The notes under the pieces were generated by a model. It worked only from the letters and a program-made list of their open reading frames with translations. It had not been told where the DNA came from and searched no databases. A stretch of 64,000 nucleotides of DNA from Eledone cirrhosa (Eukaryota), in contig OZ024741.1 in assembly GCA_964016885.1 (NCBI GenBank), positions 303,366,001 through 303,430,000 of the forward strand, given 5' to 3'. This document shows, piece after piece, positions 12,775 through 25,805 of the stretch (within the stretch, counting starts at the first letter, position 1; the number at the start of each line of letters is the position of its first letter). Both the position numbers and the translations under genes were made by a program.

Positions 12775-13832
12775 CTCATACCTTATAGCTTCCACCTCAT
12801 ACCTCATACCTTCTACCTTCTACCTCATACTTTCTACCTTCTACCTTCTACCTTCTACCTCATACTTTCTACCTTCTACCTTCTACCTTCTACCTCATAC
12901 TTTCTACCTTCTACCTTCTACCTTCTACCTTCTACTTCATGCCTCATATTTTCTACCTCATACCTTATACTTCATACCTTATACCTTATACCTCATATCT
13001 TCTACCTCATACTTTCTACCTTATTCCTTATAGCTTCTACCTTCTACCTTCTACCTCATACTTTCTACCTTCTACCTTCTACCTTCTACCTCATACTTTC
13101 TACCTTCTACCTTCTACCTCATACCTCATATTTTCTACCTCATACCTCATACCTTCTACCTCATACCTTATACCTTATACCTCATATCTTCTACCTCATA
13201 CTTTCTACCTTATTCCTTATACCTTCTACCTTCTACCTCATACCTTCTACCTCATACCTTCTACCTTCTACCTTCTACCTAATAACTTCTACCTTCTAAC
13301 TTCTACCTCATACCTTCTACTTTATACCTTCTACCTCATACCTTCTGCTTCATACCTCATACCTTCTACCTCATACCTTCCACCCCATACCTTCTACCTT
13401 CTACCATATAGCTTCTACCTTCTATCTCACACCTTCTACCTTCTACCTTCTACCTCATAACTTCTACCTTCTACCTTCTACCTTCTACTTCACACCTACC
13501 TTCTGCCTTCTACCTTCTACCTCAGACCTTCTATCTTTTACCTTCTACCTCATACCTCATACCTTCTACCTTCTACCTTCTACCTTCTGCCTTCTACCTT
13601 CTGCCATCTACCTCATACCCCATACCTCTGGCCTTCTACCTTATACCTTCTAGCTCATACCTCATACATTCTACCTCATACCTTCTACCACATATCTTCT
13701 ACATTCTAACTCCTACCATATACCTTCTAGCTCATACCTCATACATTCTACCTCATACCTTCTACCACATATCTTCTAAATTCTAACTCCTACCATATAC
13801 CATCTACATCAAACCTACCTTCTACCTTCTAT
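12775..13832. repeat. 7-bp-period satellite (TACCTTC/TACCTCA/TACCTTA variants)
   Basis: About 1 kb of heptamer variants with higher-order duplications. Confidence 0.95.
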
Positions 13833-14256
13833 TCATATATACATGTATGCATGTATATATGCATATATGTATGGCTGCCCGTGTATAGGCATGTATTTCT
13901 TTACATATTTATGTGTATATTTATGTGTATACATATATATATATGTATATATATATATGTATATATGTGTGTGTTTGTATGTGTATTTATATATATATAT
14001 GTATATATGTATGTTTAGGTTTACATGCGCATACATGTATCTTGTATGCGTATTTATCTTTAAACTCTTTTATAACTTTTATAATTTCCTAATAATTTTT
14101 TGAATATTTTTTATATATTTCCTTGAATGTCCTTTATAAGTATAGTTGTGTATATATATATACACGCACACAAACACACACTCATATATATACATACAAA
14201 CATATATATATACAATGATATTAAATAAATGGAAACTATATTTATAAAACCATATT

Positions 14257-14318
14257 TATTCTATTATATATATTTCAAGGGTACCAAAAACTTTGGTACG
14301 CTTTCATCAGATAAAATA
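14257..14318 (-). ncRNA. type I hammerhead ribozyme in the Penelope 3' pLTR
   Basis: TATTTTAT-CTGATGA-AAG(C)GTACCAAA..TTTGGTAC(C)CTT-GAAA-TATATA-TA-ATAGAATA; same strand as the ORF. Confidence 0.8.
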
Positions 14319-15227
14319 CAAAGAGTGTTTTATAAATTTTGACATAGCCAAGGAAAACATACCTTATCAGTTGAATATTCCTTGGGTAGTGAGATTACAG
14401 AACGGATTTTTCAAACTTATGGATGAGTATGCAAATGAATATGTAAATAAGTTTGAGTTATATGATTGAAAAAACGTTATTTTAAACGCTATGGAAAATT
14501 TAAAGAAGAAAAGAAAAAGGAAAAAGAAGAAGAAGGAAAAGGAAAAAGAAGACCACTTATATACGTTAATTTGGGGGAAATAAATTTTATGTATATATTT
14601 ATATGGAGAATTATGTTTGTAAGTATTTATCTTATTATAATATTGTAGTGGATTACATATATAAATATCTATATATATATTTTAATAATAGCATATGTTT
14701 ATTACAAAGATAATTTGCAATAATTAGTTGTTTATAATATGAGTTACGAGGAAGTTAATTTTGTGTTTTATGTAGATAAATAGGTAGTTAAAATTATGAA
14801 TAAATAAATAAATAAATAGGTATTTCAAGTTTTAGGTGGTTGTTTTTAATATGAGTTACGAGGGAAGTTGATTTTGTATTTTATGTAAATAAATAGGTAG
14901 TTAAAATTATGAATTTATATATTTGGATAACTTGTTCGGCATTGGGAATGTTTTAAATTAACGGAGATAGGTATAATAAGTTTATATGATTGAGAAAGGA
15001 AAGATAACTCCAATTTTATTAATCGATACATTTTTAAGAGTTAGTGTGAGATTAATTAATTATTTAGTCGAAAGAAATATGAATGTTTAAACATCGTCTT
15101 GAATAGGATACATTTTCCTAAAGTCAGTTAATGGTTATTAATCTACATTTAAAAAAATAGCTTTAGAGAGTGTCATTGGAAAACGTAAAGAATTAAAAAA
15201 TTAAAAAATTAAAATTATATAGATATG

Positions 15228-15272
<45 letters not shown>

Positions 15273-15604
15273 GATGAGAAATTTTTGCTGAAAGGTGAAA
15301 GTACTACAAATATTAGAGATATTATGATTTAGAGATATTAATATATTAAAAATATAAATTGTTTATAAAGATAGGATTATTTTGAAGATTTATAGGAATA
15401 TTATAAATTACACATAGTTCTGAATGTAGAAATGTCTGCAAGAATTAAATAATTCTGTTCTGAGATTAATAGAGTTTTGACAGTTAATTATATAAAACAT
15501 TTCTTCAATACACAATTTACAGAATTTTGATAAAGCCATATTTCAGTACGCAGGTGCTCATGAAATCGTTTTCCAAGATATTGAATAGTCTATATTCTTG
15601 CTTT

Positions 15605-16687
15605 TTAAGTTCCATATAAGATGTGAAAGAGAAGTAGAAGATTTTTTTTATCAAATCTTCTGAAAGAATGATTATGATTATTCCAGCGATCTTTAAATTT
15701 TGTAGAAGTGGCACCGACATAGTTAAATATATTATCACTAGTTTTAACTGTGCATTTATAGACTACGTTTTTATCTAAACACTTATTTTGTAAAGGGCAG
15801 TTTGAGTTGATTCTACAGTTACATTTTACGGAGTTGTTGTTGCTCGGAACGGTACTATTATGTTGGATATTGCTAGAAATATTATTGCTATTATGGTTGT
15901 TTTGGTTAGGGTTTAAATTTAAGTTTCTATTATTAATTCTATTTATATTTTGTGCTATGTTCATAGTAGTAGAGTAGGATAGTTTTATAGTATGTCTGTT
16001 AAAGATTGAGTGGTATCTGTGGGCTTTAGGAAAACATTTGTCTAGTGCTTTAAAGAATAGTTTTGCTAAAGGTATTTTAACGCTTAATGAGAATGGGGGT
16101 GAGTACCAAATAATATTTCTAGTTCTAGTTCTTTTGTTTGGTTTAGAGTTTAAGTTAAATTGTTTATTATTATTATAATTAATACTAGGGGTATTTGCCA
16201 TGTTATTGTTGTCAATGTATTTAATTTCATTCGAATACCCTGCTCTATTTAAAGCTTCATTATAATATTCAGCCTTATCATCAAAAATATTTTTATTAGC
16301 AGAGATGCGTGAAATTCGTTGTTGGACACTATTGACAATAGTGTTCTTAATAGATCTAGGATGATTAGAGTTAAAACTTACGTAATTTAGATTCTCATTA
16401 ATTTTATGGAATGAATAGTAGAGCCCTGTGCTAAGGTTTAATGTTATGTCTAAAAAGTTAACGATTTCATAGTTATTCTCTATTTCTAACTTAAGGTTAT
16501 AATTATTGAAGAATTGTATTATGGATTTTCTTTTCCGATTAATTTCACTATTGCTATGGTTTTCAATTAAAATCAGCATATCATCATGATATAAACTACC
16601 GGTCATCTTTGGCATTTTCCTATGCAGTGTATTATTAATAAATAAGCTCACAAGATCCGTTATTTGCGCCGAGTCTGATGATCCCAT
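15605..16687 (-). pseudogene. Penelope RT C-half/thumb plus GIY-YIG endonuclease ORF remnant
   Basis: 360-aa ORF; in-frame stops upstream (TGA near 16725, TAG near 16860) and a frameshift near 15640. Confidence 0.88.
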
Positions 16688-17263
16688 AGTGATATCAAAA
16701 TTATTTTTTCTATCGGCTCTTGTTCAGAGATGATTGTTGAATTCTATTAAAGTTTTCCCTGCTGTTAGAATGATATGCATTTCATCACTAGATACATTTG
16801 TATGTTTAGATGCGTAGATAAGAGCCCTATTAAGTAAACTAGGAGTAATGGAGGAGTACTAATTTGCAATATCCATTTGAATGAATTTTTTGTTATGTTT
16901 AAATTTTATGTTATTGAACCAATCTATAACTTCATTAGTACCGTTCCATAGTTTCAGGTGTGATTTTTCTTTAAGTTGCGGTATGATTCTATCTAATATA
17001 TGTTTACTAATTATGCCTAAGTCTGATTTAGATGGTGCTATAAGTCAGACTGGTAGTTCTATTTCAAAGTTTCTTTTGTGGTCTTTCAGGTTAATTTTCG
17101 GTCTTCTGGGTATAAAGAGTTCAGTCCTATTTTGGATGCCTAATTTATGAATTATTTCAGAAGCTTCTCTATTTAACGTTGAAAGATCTTCATTTGTTGT
17201 TATTTTGTAGTTTATTTTGAGTTCTTTCAGAATAAGGTTATTATATTGGTCTTTTTGCATTCC

Positions 17264-17391
<128 letters not shown>

Positions 17392-17434
17392 TATACGCAC
17401 ACAAAAACACACACACATAAATATACATACAAAC

Positions 17435-17493
<59 letters not shown>

Positions 17494-17495
<2 letters not shown>

Positions 17496-17682
17496 GGAAA
17501 AAGTATGACCCCGACGGCAGAGCTTAAGCCGTTTCGACGGCTATTTCTGGACGAAATAGCCGTCGAAACGGCTTGAGCTCTGCCGTCGGGGTCACACCTT
17601 TTCCTATTACCCACTCTACTATCCTAAGTATTGAGTACTCTGGTGCGTTATGGTCTATCTGGTTCCTTACCACAATTCCTTC

Positions 17683-17688
<6 letters not shown>
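17494..17688 (+). mobile_element. (TA)n-embedded hairpin element family H1
   Basis: Hairpin 17494-17606 containing GAAACGGC..GCCGTC, plus an 80-bp tail; homologues at 19130, 29139 and 36229. Confidence 0.85.
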
Positions 17689-17753
<65 letters not shown>

Positions 17754-17757
<4 letters not shown>

Positions 17758-18052
17758 GTAGAACTCTGCTGGGTTATATCCGAAGTAGTGGAGCATTAGT
17801 AGTTATATCCCGTTATATCCGAAGTAGTAGAGTTTGGTAGAAGTAGTTCCGAGAACAATTGTTTCACTATAGTCGAATCATCAGCTGATGAAACGAGTAA
17901 GGTGAAACAATTGTCATTACAACAGCAGAGGTCCGACGAACTTTTGATTCCAGAGTCAGGCCAGATCGACACAGATCGAACCTTGAGCTGTTCAGCAGCG
18001 AAAGTGCGTCACCAATCAATAAACGTAATGAAGGCTTAAGAAATCATCCTTG

Positions 18053-18056
<4 letters not shown>
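17754..18056. mobile_element. (TA)n-embedded element with two divergent HHR cores
   Basis: ACAATTGTTTCA..TCATCAG|CTGATGA..TGAAACAATTGTC; left part homologous to 20976-21118. Confidence 0.7.
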
Positions 18057-18120
<64 letters not shown>

Positions 18121-18123
<3 letters not shown>

Positions 18124-18259
18124 TTATTGCTCGCACCAACCTGAGGTATATGATTTTTAATGTGATGAAATACCAATGATGGTTGGAAAATCACTGACGA
18201 AGGACTATTTTTATCATATGTAACCTATGTGCAACCACGGAGTATTCTTCTTTCTTCTC

Positions 18260-18267
<8 letters not shown>
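18121..18267 (+). repeat. (TA)n-embedded short repeat, homologous to 62890-63008
   Basis: TGATTTTTAATG.GATGAAATACCAATGATGGTTGGAAAATCACTG.CGAAGGACTATTTTTATC shared. Confidence 0.85.
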
Positions 18268-18320
<53 letters not shown>

Positions 18321-18322
<2 letters not shown>

Positions 18323-18392
18323 GGCTCGGAAAAATCTCTTTCCTAGAGCTATTTTATTGTAAGAGACTATTTTGAATTTCTAACTCAATATA
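18321..18392 (-). repeat. (TA)n-embedded short repeat, homologous to 46898-46970 (+)
   Basis: ATTGAGTTAGAAA.TCAAAATAGTCT.TTACAAT..AATAGCTC.AGGAA..GA...TTTCCGAGCCGT shared. Confidence 0.85.
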
Positions 18393-18807
18393 TACTTTTG
18401 ATATATATATATATATTGAGAGAGAGAGAGAGACAGAGAGAATCTGTATATGTGTGATGTATGTATGTGTAAATATGTGTGTGTATGCATGTATATTTAT
18501 GTATATGTGTAATTGTATACATATATATATTCCATTCATCACCTTATCCTGCAAATCCCACCAACCTTTACTCTAACCCCACCCATACACCATCTCCACA
18601 TTTACCACCTGCCTTCCACTGACCAGGTAAAATGTTATGGTTATACCCACCACCACCCTTTCACACCTTCTTCTTTCACACACCCATATCCCCCCTACTG
18701 CTACCACCACCCTGCCCAAGCTATCTTAATTATCCTTCTCAATTAAATCCCCCTTCCCCTACCCAAGTCTTCCTTAGTTATACTGTGTCTGCCATTGAAA
18801 CGTTATT

Positions 18808-18945
18808 TCTTATCTGATGACCCTACGATAAACGGGCGAAAATCCAGAGTAACGAGACTCACTAATTAGCCTTAATAAATTGAATATTAAAACTCTTCTT
18901 CGGTATTGAGTACTCTTTTCTGTCAGCTGTCAATCACATACGGAT
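18808..18945 (+). mobile_element. Penelope pLTR-like tail with degenerate HHR
   Basis: TCTTAT-CTGATGA-CCC..GGG-C-GAAA..GAGTA-ACGAGA, AATAAA, ACTC..TT-GAGTACT, then (TA)n. Confidence 0.6.
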
Positions 18946-18968
18946 ATATACATATATATATACATACA

Positions 18969-19004
<36 letters not shown>

Positions 19005-19040
19005 CATATTTATATATATATATATACATACATACATATT

Positions 19041-19121
<81 letters not shown>

Positions 19122-19129
19122 ATATATAT

Positions 19130-19313
19130 AACAAAGAAAGTGTGGTAAGGAACCAGGTGAACCATAACGCACCAGAGTACTCGTTATTTAGGGTAGTAGA
19201 GTGGGTAATAGGAAAAGAGTCAGGACCCCGACGGCTGAGCTCCGGCCGTTTCGATTTCGACAGCTGTCGAAACGGCCGGAGCTCAGCCGTCGGGGTCCTG
19301 ACTCTTTTCCTAT
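19130..19313 (-). mobile_element. hairpin element family H1
   Basis: Perfect 47-bp inverted arms 19208-19313; tail homologous to 17607-17688. Confidence 0.88.
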
Positions 19314-19321
19314 ACACACAA

Positions 19322-19373
<52 letters not shown>

Positions 19374-19381
19374 ACACACAT

Positions 19382-19450
<69 letters not shown>

Positions 19451-19527
19451 CTTATATATATATATATATATATATATAAATGAAAGGTATAGAAAGTATT
19501 GTAGCAAGAAACCAACAGTATTCCATA

Positions 19528-19600
<73 letters not shown>

Positions 19601-19627
19601 ATATATATAAAGAGAGAGAGAAGGGGA

Positions 19628-19713
<86 letters not shown>

Positions 19714-20193
19714 TAGAGAGGGAGAGAGTGAGAGAGGCAAACCCCCGGTGAGATGGACAGATAGCCAGGAAAATGAATAGATCTGAAAATAGGAGTAACT
19801 AAACGTCAATAATTCATGAACAAAATAGATATTGGTGATTGGCGATATACACTAGAGGCAGATGTATTGGTCGACCATATTACACGACGTTACATATGTC
19901 TCATTATTCAACTATGAATAGATATTAGGAATAAACATAGACAAGCACGTTTCAATTATTAACTCATAATTTACTCGTCATACTGGGAAACCACATGAAT
20001 ATATAACTTAAGTAGACACACGCACACACGCTCATGCATTCACTCCTCACATGTATTTATTTTATCTCCCCCTCTCTCTCTCTCTCACTCTCTCTTTCTC
20101 TCTCTCTCTTTGTATATATGTATATATATAGAGAGAGAAAAAGAGAGAGAGAGACGTGATTACGAACGTCTGTGAGTGTATATTTATATTTCA

Positions 20194-20240
<47 letters not shown>

Positions 20241-20247
<7 letters not shown>

Positions 20248-20355
20248 TAACAGATTAAAGTTTAATCTGTTATTTTAATAAATATTTGCTCTACGGTATA
20301 TATTTGATATATATTTATCCTTATCGAGCCCTCTTTGGATTTTAGTCTTCAAATT

Positions 20356-20356
<1 letters not shown>
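20241..20356 (+). mobile_element. (TA)n-embedded hairpin + tail element
   Basis: ATTAAAATAACAGATTAAA-G-TTTAATCTGTTATTTTAAT palindrome; tail shared with 27308-27358. Confidence 0.7.
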
Positions 20357-20386
<30 letters not shown>

Positions 20387-20419
20387 ATGTATGTATATAT
20401 GTATGTACATATATATACA

Positions 20420-20940
20420 TGTCAGGTCGCGCTCGAGTGCTATTAGTAACATGTAACCAAGTACAACCTGTCTCATGGTCGAGTCGTCGGCGACTAAACC
20501 GGCAACCTCACGAATCTTGCTTAGTGAGGAGGGTGATATTTGGACACCCTGCGGGATGAAATACGAGACCCGGCAAATAGCAGAGGAACTAAGAAGAGTC
20601 AACGGCCATCCAAATAGTACTTTTTTTTCACCTGGGAGTGAATGGCCCCCAGTTGTTATCACAACACCTTTCTATGAGAGGGAAACTCTGAAAAAGAAAA
20701 CCCTGCGGGTTCGGAAAAATCCGATGATGTTGACCATTTGTTCTTTTCGGGTAGTGTTTTCGATGGTCAGATTGTGGGATTGGTCGAGTGCAAAGCCTTT
20801 CCATACTTAAAAAACCTTCAAAGCGAAGGCATTGTTTGTTCAGGATGTGTTAGTTTTGTGTGGCTGGCCGTAGCCTAAAAGTGCACCAAACTCTGTAATC
20901 TGACAAGCGATTGCAGTACTCTTAGCAGAGTTTGCAACCA
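20420..20940 (+). mobile_element. non-autonomous RTE-derived element (5'UTR-like part plus short 3' part)
   Basis: Homologous to 44582-44880; GAGAGGGAAACTCTG motif resembles RTE 5'UTRs; microsatellite flanks. Confidence 0.6.
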
Positions 20941-20975
20941 TATACATGTATGTGTATGTAAATATATAGATATAT

Positions 20976-21118
20976 AGTGGTGGAACACTGGAAGGTAATA
21001 TCCGTAGTGGTAGAGCACTCAGTCCATGGGACGAGTTAGGTAGAAGTGGTTACACAACAGTTAGTTCACCATACCGAGAACAATTGTTTCAGCTTAGCGG
21101 ATCCTCAGCTCGGAATGG
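20976..21118 (-). ncRNA. pLTR-like element with type I HHR (21069-21118)
   Basis: CCATTCCGAG-CTGAGGA-TCCGCTAAGCT-GAAAC-AATT-GTT-CTCGGTATGG; stem II weak. Confidence 0.65.
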
Positions 21119-21124
21119 GCATGG

Positions 21125-23880
21125 TTATAGGAACAGTGTTCCATCCACCATCTGAGTGAGTTTCGTGGTCAGTGTCCAAGTCTCAGACCCGTACAACAGC
21201 ACAGACTCCACTACAGAGGCAGATCTTCAGGTCTTTACGAAGGTCCGACTTCCACACCGATCTCAAGCTGTAGCACGCCGCCCAGGCTTTGCTCTTCCTC
21301 GCGACCACGTCATCTTCCGTATTCCCAATCTTTGCTCTCAAATACAGGAAGTCCTCAACCAATTCTAGCGGCTTCCCGCCTACATTAGTAATCTTCTCTC
21401 GCTTTTTAATATTCTCTACCAGATATTTCGTCTTAATCTCATTCATTCTCAGCCCCACACTCATCGATACAGTCTCCACCTCCTGCATCAAATCCTCTGC
21501 CTCCTTCACTGTGTTTGTCACCAAAACTATGTCGTCAGCAAATTCAGCATCCGATATATTTTTTCGCCTTAACTCTCCTGCTCTGAGCCGGTGTTAAAGT
21601 AAAGCCAGAGTCCTGGTGTTTCTCCAGCCGAAGGCGCATACAATAGGCCACTGCGATGATAAAAAGGTAGGGAGCCAATGTATCTCCCTGGAGCACTCCA
21701 GCCAGTATCTCAAAGAACTCTGTCATCCCATCAGGTGTAATGGCTTGTGCTTTGGTGTTGGTGTAGAGCAGTAATATCAGGTCCACTATCATCTTGGGGA
21801 TTCCATAAGCCTGTAAGATCTTTATCAGGCAGTGACGGTCCACAGAATCAAAGGCCTTCCTAAAGTCAATGAAAACCATGACCGCAGGAAGGCACTTTGC
21901 TCTAGATCCCTCTAATATCCGCCTCAGCATCAGGATGTGACTGGTGGTTGATCTTCCCTATCTGAAGCCGTTCTGGTTGTCCCTGAGCTTCTTCTCCATC
22001 TCGAGCTGGATCCTGTTAAGAATCATCCCGTTGAGGGTCTTTGCCACAAATGACGTCAGTGAGATCCCCCTGTAGTTGTTGGTGTTAGAGAGATCTCCCT
22101 TCTTTGGCACTGGGACGATGTTTTTGATCCTCCACTGATTCGGGGCAACTCCTTTCTCCAGTGCCTGGTTACAGAACTCCAGGATGATATGAAAATTACA
22201 CCTCTTCATCACCTCTGATGCCACTCCATCTTCTTCATGAGCCTTGCCATCCTTGATCTTCTTCTTGGCTCTCTGAAGCTGCTCTCTGGTGAAGGGCCTT
22301 GTCTCAATATCCAGTTCCTCAAACAGCCGCCTGATCTGCCCAGTGTTCTAGGCTGTGGAGGGCGGCTCTCCTAGTAGGGTCCTATAATGGTCCAGCCATT
22401 TCTCCTTCCTACCCTCGTGCCCTGTTCCCTGGATCTGACTCGAACACCTCTTCCTCCCTGTGATCTCGTTGATGATTATCCAGCTCTCCTTACATCCAGA
22501 CCTGCCAACCGCTCTCTCCACACTTCTGATCTCATTTATCAGTCCTCTTCTCTGGCCTCAGTGTAAGCGGTACAGAGTTCTTCCCTCATCATCTCCACAT
22601 TCTCCTTCCTCTCTTCCGTAGGATCAGCACGGAATTGGTCCTTGGCAACTTTCAGGTGTTCTCTGGCTGCACACACTTTTGGGTCTGCAGAGCTGACGTG
22701 CTTCATTTTGTTCTTTCTCCTCGGCACCAGGGTCTCACTTGCTTCCGCCACTGCCTTGTTGAAGTACCCGTACCTCCTCGTCACACTCTCCTCAGTCCCT
22801 CCAATCTCTCTCTCTCTCTCTCCTCTGTCTCTCCACATAGAGCACTGGACCTGTTCCTCACTTCAACTGTGAACCTCTCCTGTAGCTTAACTTCCTTGAA
22901 AGCTCCCCAGTCATAGATTGCTCTCTGGGGCTGAGCCTTGCTCTTTCTTAAGCTCACTCGGACATCACTCATAACAAGCCGATGGTCACTGCCCAGTGTA
23001 CTGAAATAGTTGTATGGTTCTGTGTTCAGAACACTATTCCGCCACTTTTTCCTCACCAGAATGAAATCAATCTGGGACTTGGACAGGTGCCTATCTGAGA
23101 TGTAGGTCCACATCTTCTCCGGATTCTTCCTAAACCTTAGGTTGGTTGCTATCAAGTTCGCCTCCAGCAGGGTGTCTCTCGGTAGTCTTCCATTTCGGTT
23201 GATGTTGTTATGGAAGTACCAGCAAGGATCTTCACTGCTCTCCTTACTCAGATGTGCATTGAAGTCCCCCATAACAAGCAGGATGTTGTGAGCTTGTGTG
23301 GTGTTGACAGCTCTACACACCTCGTCATGGAACTCTTCCGCACTCACATCATTGTCTCCCTCGGTTAGACTATAGGCTAAGATGACTGTCAGTCTCGGGT
23401 TTCCATTGAAGGTAACCCTCAACACTCGCGGGGAGACAGGTATTATTTCCCTCACCAATAGACTGGTTTTTGCGCTGAAAACAAAACCCACTCCTCCTAC
23501 TGCAGCATTGGTCATGTTCCTCACTGCTGATGTGGTCATGAGCTGGCTCCTCTTCCCAATCATCACACTCCTCACGAGCTCATCGTGTAGGATCCTGTGT
23601 TCTTGGATCGCAAATATCTGCATACCACTCTCCTCGAACAGATGACCCAACTCCTCCGTCTTCTCTAGCGTCTGAATAGTCCTCACATTCAGAGTGCCCA
23701 TTTTAATGGCTCTTCTGCAGGACAAAACTGCATTCTCTATATTTGTCTCAGAGACAACTGATCCATCATCCACTGGCCCTCCCTGTGGCTCTAAGCCAGC
23801 AGAGTCATAACGACCAAACCGCTCCTTGACAGTGCAGTTAGGGGCTCTAACATTAGTGCTGTTAAATACACTCTCCATGT
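21125..23880 (-). mobile_element. RTE-like LINE, near-complete APE + RT with frameshifts, 3' end missing
   Basis: GTLNVRT, AIQEHR, GDFNAH, QIDFILV, SDHRLV; PVPKKGDLS..NYRGISL, QNGFR, FIDFRKAFDSV, GVLQGDTLAPYLF, FADD. Confidence 0.95.
22781..23878 (-). pseudogene. LINE apurinic-type endonuclease domain ORF
   Basis: 365-aa ORF carrying the APE motifs listed for the parent LINE. Confidence 0.9.
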
Positions 23881-23924
23881 TCTTTTCAATGGCTGATAAT
23901 ACCTTACCGGCGCCACTCGAATAA

Positions 23925-24086
23925 GGTAATTATTTAACCCATAAATGGGGACCTAACAGGTACTACTACTCCGGGCCAGAGAAGACCTGGGAGTTATGAC
24001 AACTAAGAGGTAACTCCCCATTCCCCACAGCTCCTGAACTTCCGAACTGGAGCCTTGCCACTGGAATGTAGTTTAATGTCATACCC

Positions 24087-24091
<5 letters not shown>
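23925..24091 (-). repeat. GC-richer repeat directly upstream of the RTE ORF (possible 5' UTR or separate SINE-like element)
   Basis: GTCCTGGGTATGACATTAAAC...CTCCCAGGTC..CTCTGGCCCGGAGTAGTAGTACCTGTTAGG between (TA)n and the ORF start. Confidence 0.45.
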
Positions 24092-24142
<51 letters not shown>

Positions 24143-24179
24143 TTTTCAATCATTTTTCAATCATATTTTATTATTTGTT

Positions 24180-24532
<353 letters not shown>

Positions 24533-24974
24533 TCATATTTGTGAGTTATGTACATACATATGTCTGTATCTGAGTCATTGTACGTACGCACATATACGTC
24601 TATATGTATATTATTTTTATATAAAATTGAAATTCGTACCTGATTGATTAGTCTATATTGTCTTTTATTATAGTATTTTTTAAAGTGAAATTATAAAGCA
24701 AACAGTATTAGAATTATTTATCCTTCTACCATTTTAGACGTAAATAGCAGAACGTACTAACGGTGTTAGAAAAATGAATCAGAACATAAAATTTATATTA
24801 AAAAGCACCTATTAAACCTCCGTGAATAGAAATTACTTTAAAATGCGATAAGGACGAAACTACTACATGCTTGCATCATTTGCTAGAAATAACAGCCGAA
24901 TTTCCCTGAAATCATGTCTTAAAAAATCCAGAACATCTTGGACAATTTCGTTCCTGATATACAACAAGAAAAGG

Positions 24975-25230
24975 TGAGAATTTGGCAGAATCCTTAGAGC
25001 ATCGGCTTAAATGCTTTGCGGCAATTTGTTATTTTTCTACGCTCTCTGAATTGAAATCCTGCAGAGGGCAACTGTGCCTTTCATCCTTTCGAGGTCGATA
25101 AAAAAAAAAAACATCAATCCAGTAATGGAGTAGATTCATTGCTTCTCTATCCATCGCTCTTTCTCTCTCCACCCCGAGAAGAATCGGCTGTGTTTAGACC
25201 CGTAAAGGGAATAGCTTCGCTGAGTTTAAG
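24975..25230 (+). mobile_element. SINE family A extended-tail variant
   Basis: GCCTTTCATCCTTTCGAGGTCGATAAA, CT tract, GAATCGGCTGTGTTTAGAC. Confidence 0.7.
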
Positions 25231-25249
25231 ATGCTCAAGATACGCCGTA

Positions 25250-25805
25250 TGGTCCTGAATGTCAGGTAATAAACGAAAGAATACGATGACGAATTCAAGC
25301 AGCTGAAATGGAGTTTCTCCGAAGGGCTTTTGGAGTAACGTTACTTAATAGGGTGCATAGCTTGGAGATCAGGAGTCGCTCCAATTAGAGCAGTTATATC
25401 TCCGAATAGAGAGATCACAGCTCCTGTACTACAGACACAATATTTGTATGTGTAAGGAAATAATTGTTTCTACTTTTGGCATTACTGGTACTTTATTTTA
25501 TCGACCCCGTAAGGATGAAAGGCAAAGTTAACCTCGGCGGGATTTGAACTTAGATCGTAGGAAATAATTATTTCTACTTTAGGCACAAGGCCAGCAATTA
25601 CCCAGTGTAGTACTGGCACTTTTATTTTATCGACCCCGTAAGGATGAAAGGCAAAGTCAACCTCGGCGGGATTTGAACTCAGGTCGTAAAGGGACGTAAC
25701 TATGCTGGAAAGCATAGCGTCCGACCCTCTACCGATACTGCCAGGAAATAATGAGGCAAAACCAACAGGCAGAAGACCAAGAGGATAACACCCATGAGAT
25801 GTTAA
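25250..25805 (+). mobile_element. RTE 3' ORF fragment split by SINEs
   Basis: GVTLLNRVHSLEIRSR..LRIERSQL.YYRH, then KPTGRRPRG after the SINEs. Confidence 0.6.
25462..25745 (-). mobile_element. two tandem SINE family A units
   Basis: TTTATCGACCCCGTAAGGATGAAAGGCAAAGT twice; both units preceded by GGAAATAAT. Confidence 0.92.

Noticed and set aside
12649-13460. 216-aa and 173-aa ORFs
   Set aside because: Products of the heptamer satellite
15271-15300. CTGATGA...GAAA on the plus strand
   Set aside because: No convincing stems, and antisense to the Penelope element
16720-16730. In-frame TGA in the Penelope RT as selenocysteine, with the stem-loop as a SECIS
   Set aside because: The TGA sits where Trp is expected, a TAG and a frameshift also occur, and the stem-loop lacks the AUGA/GA core and apical AA
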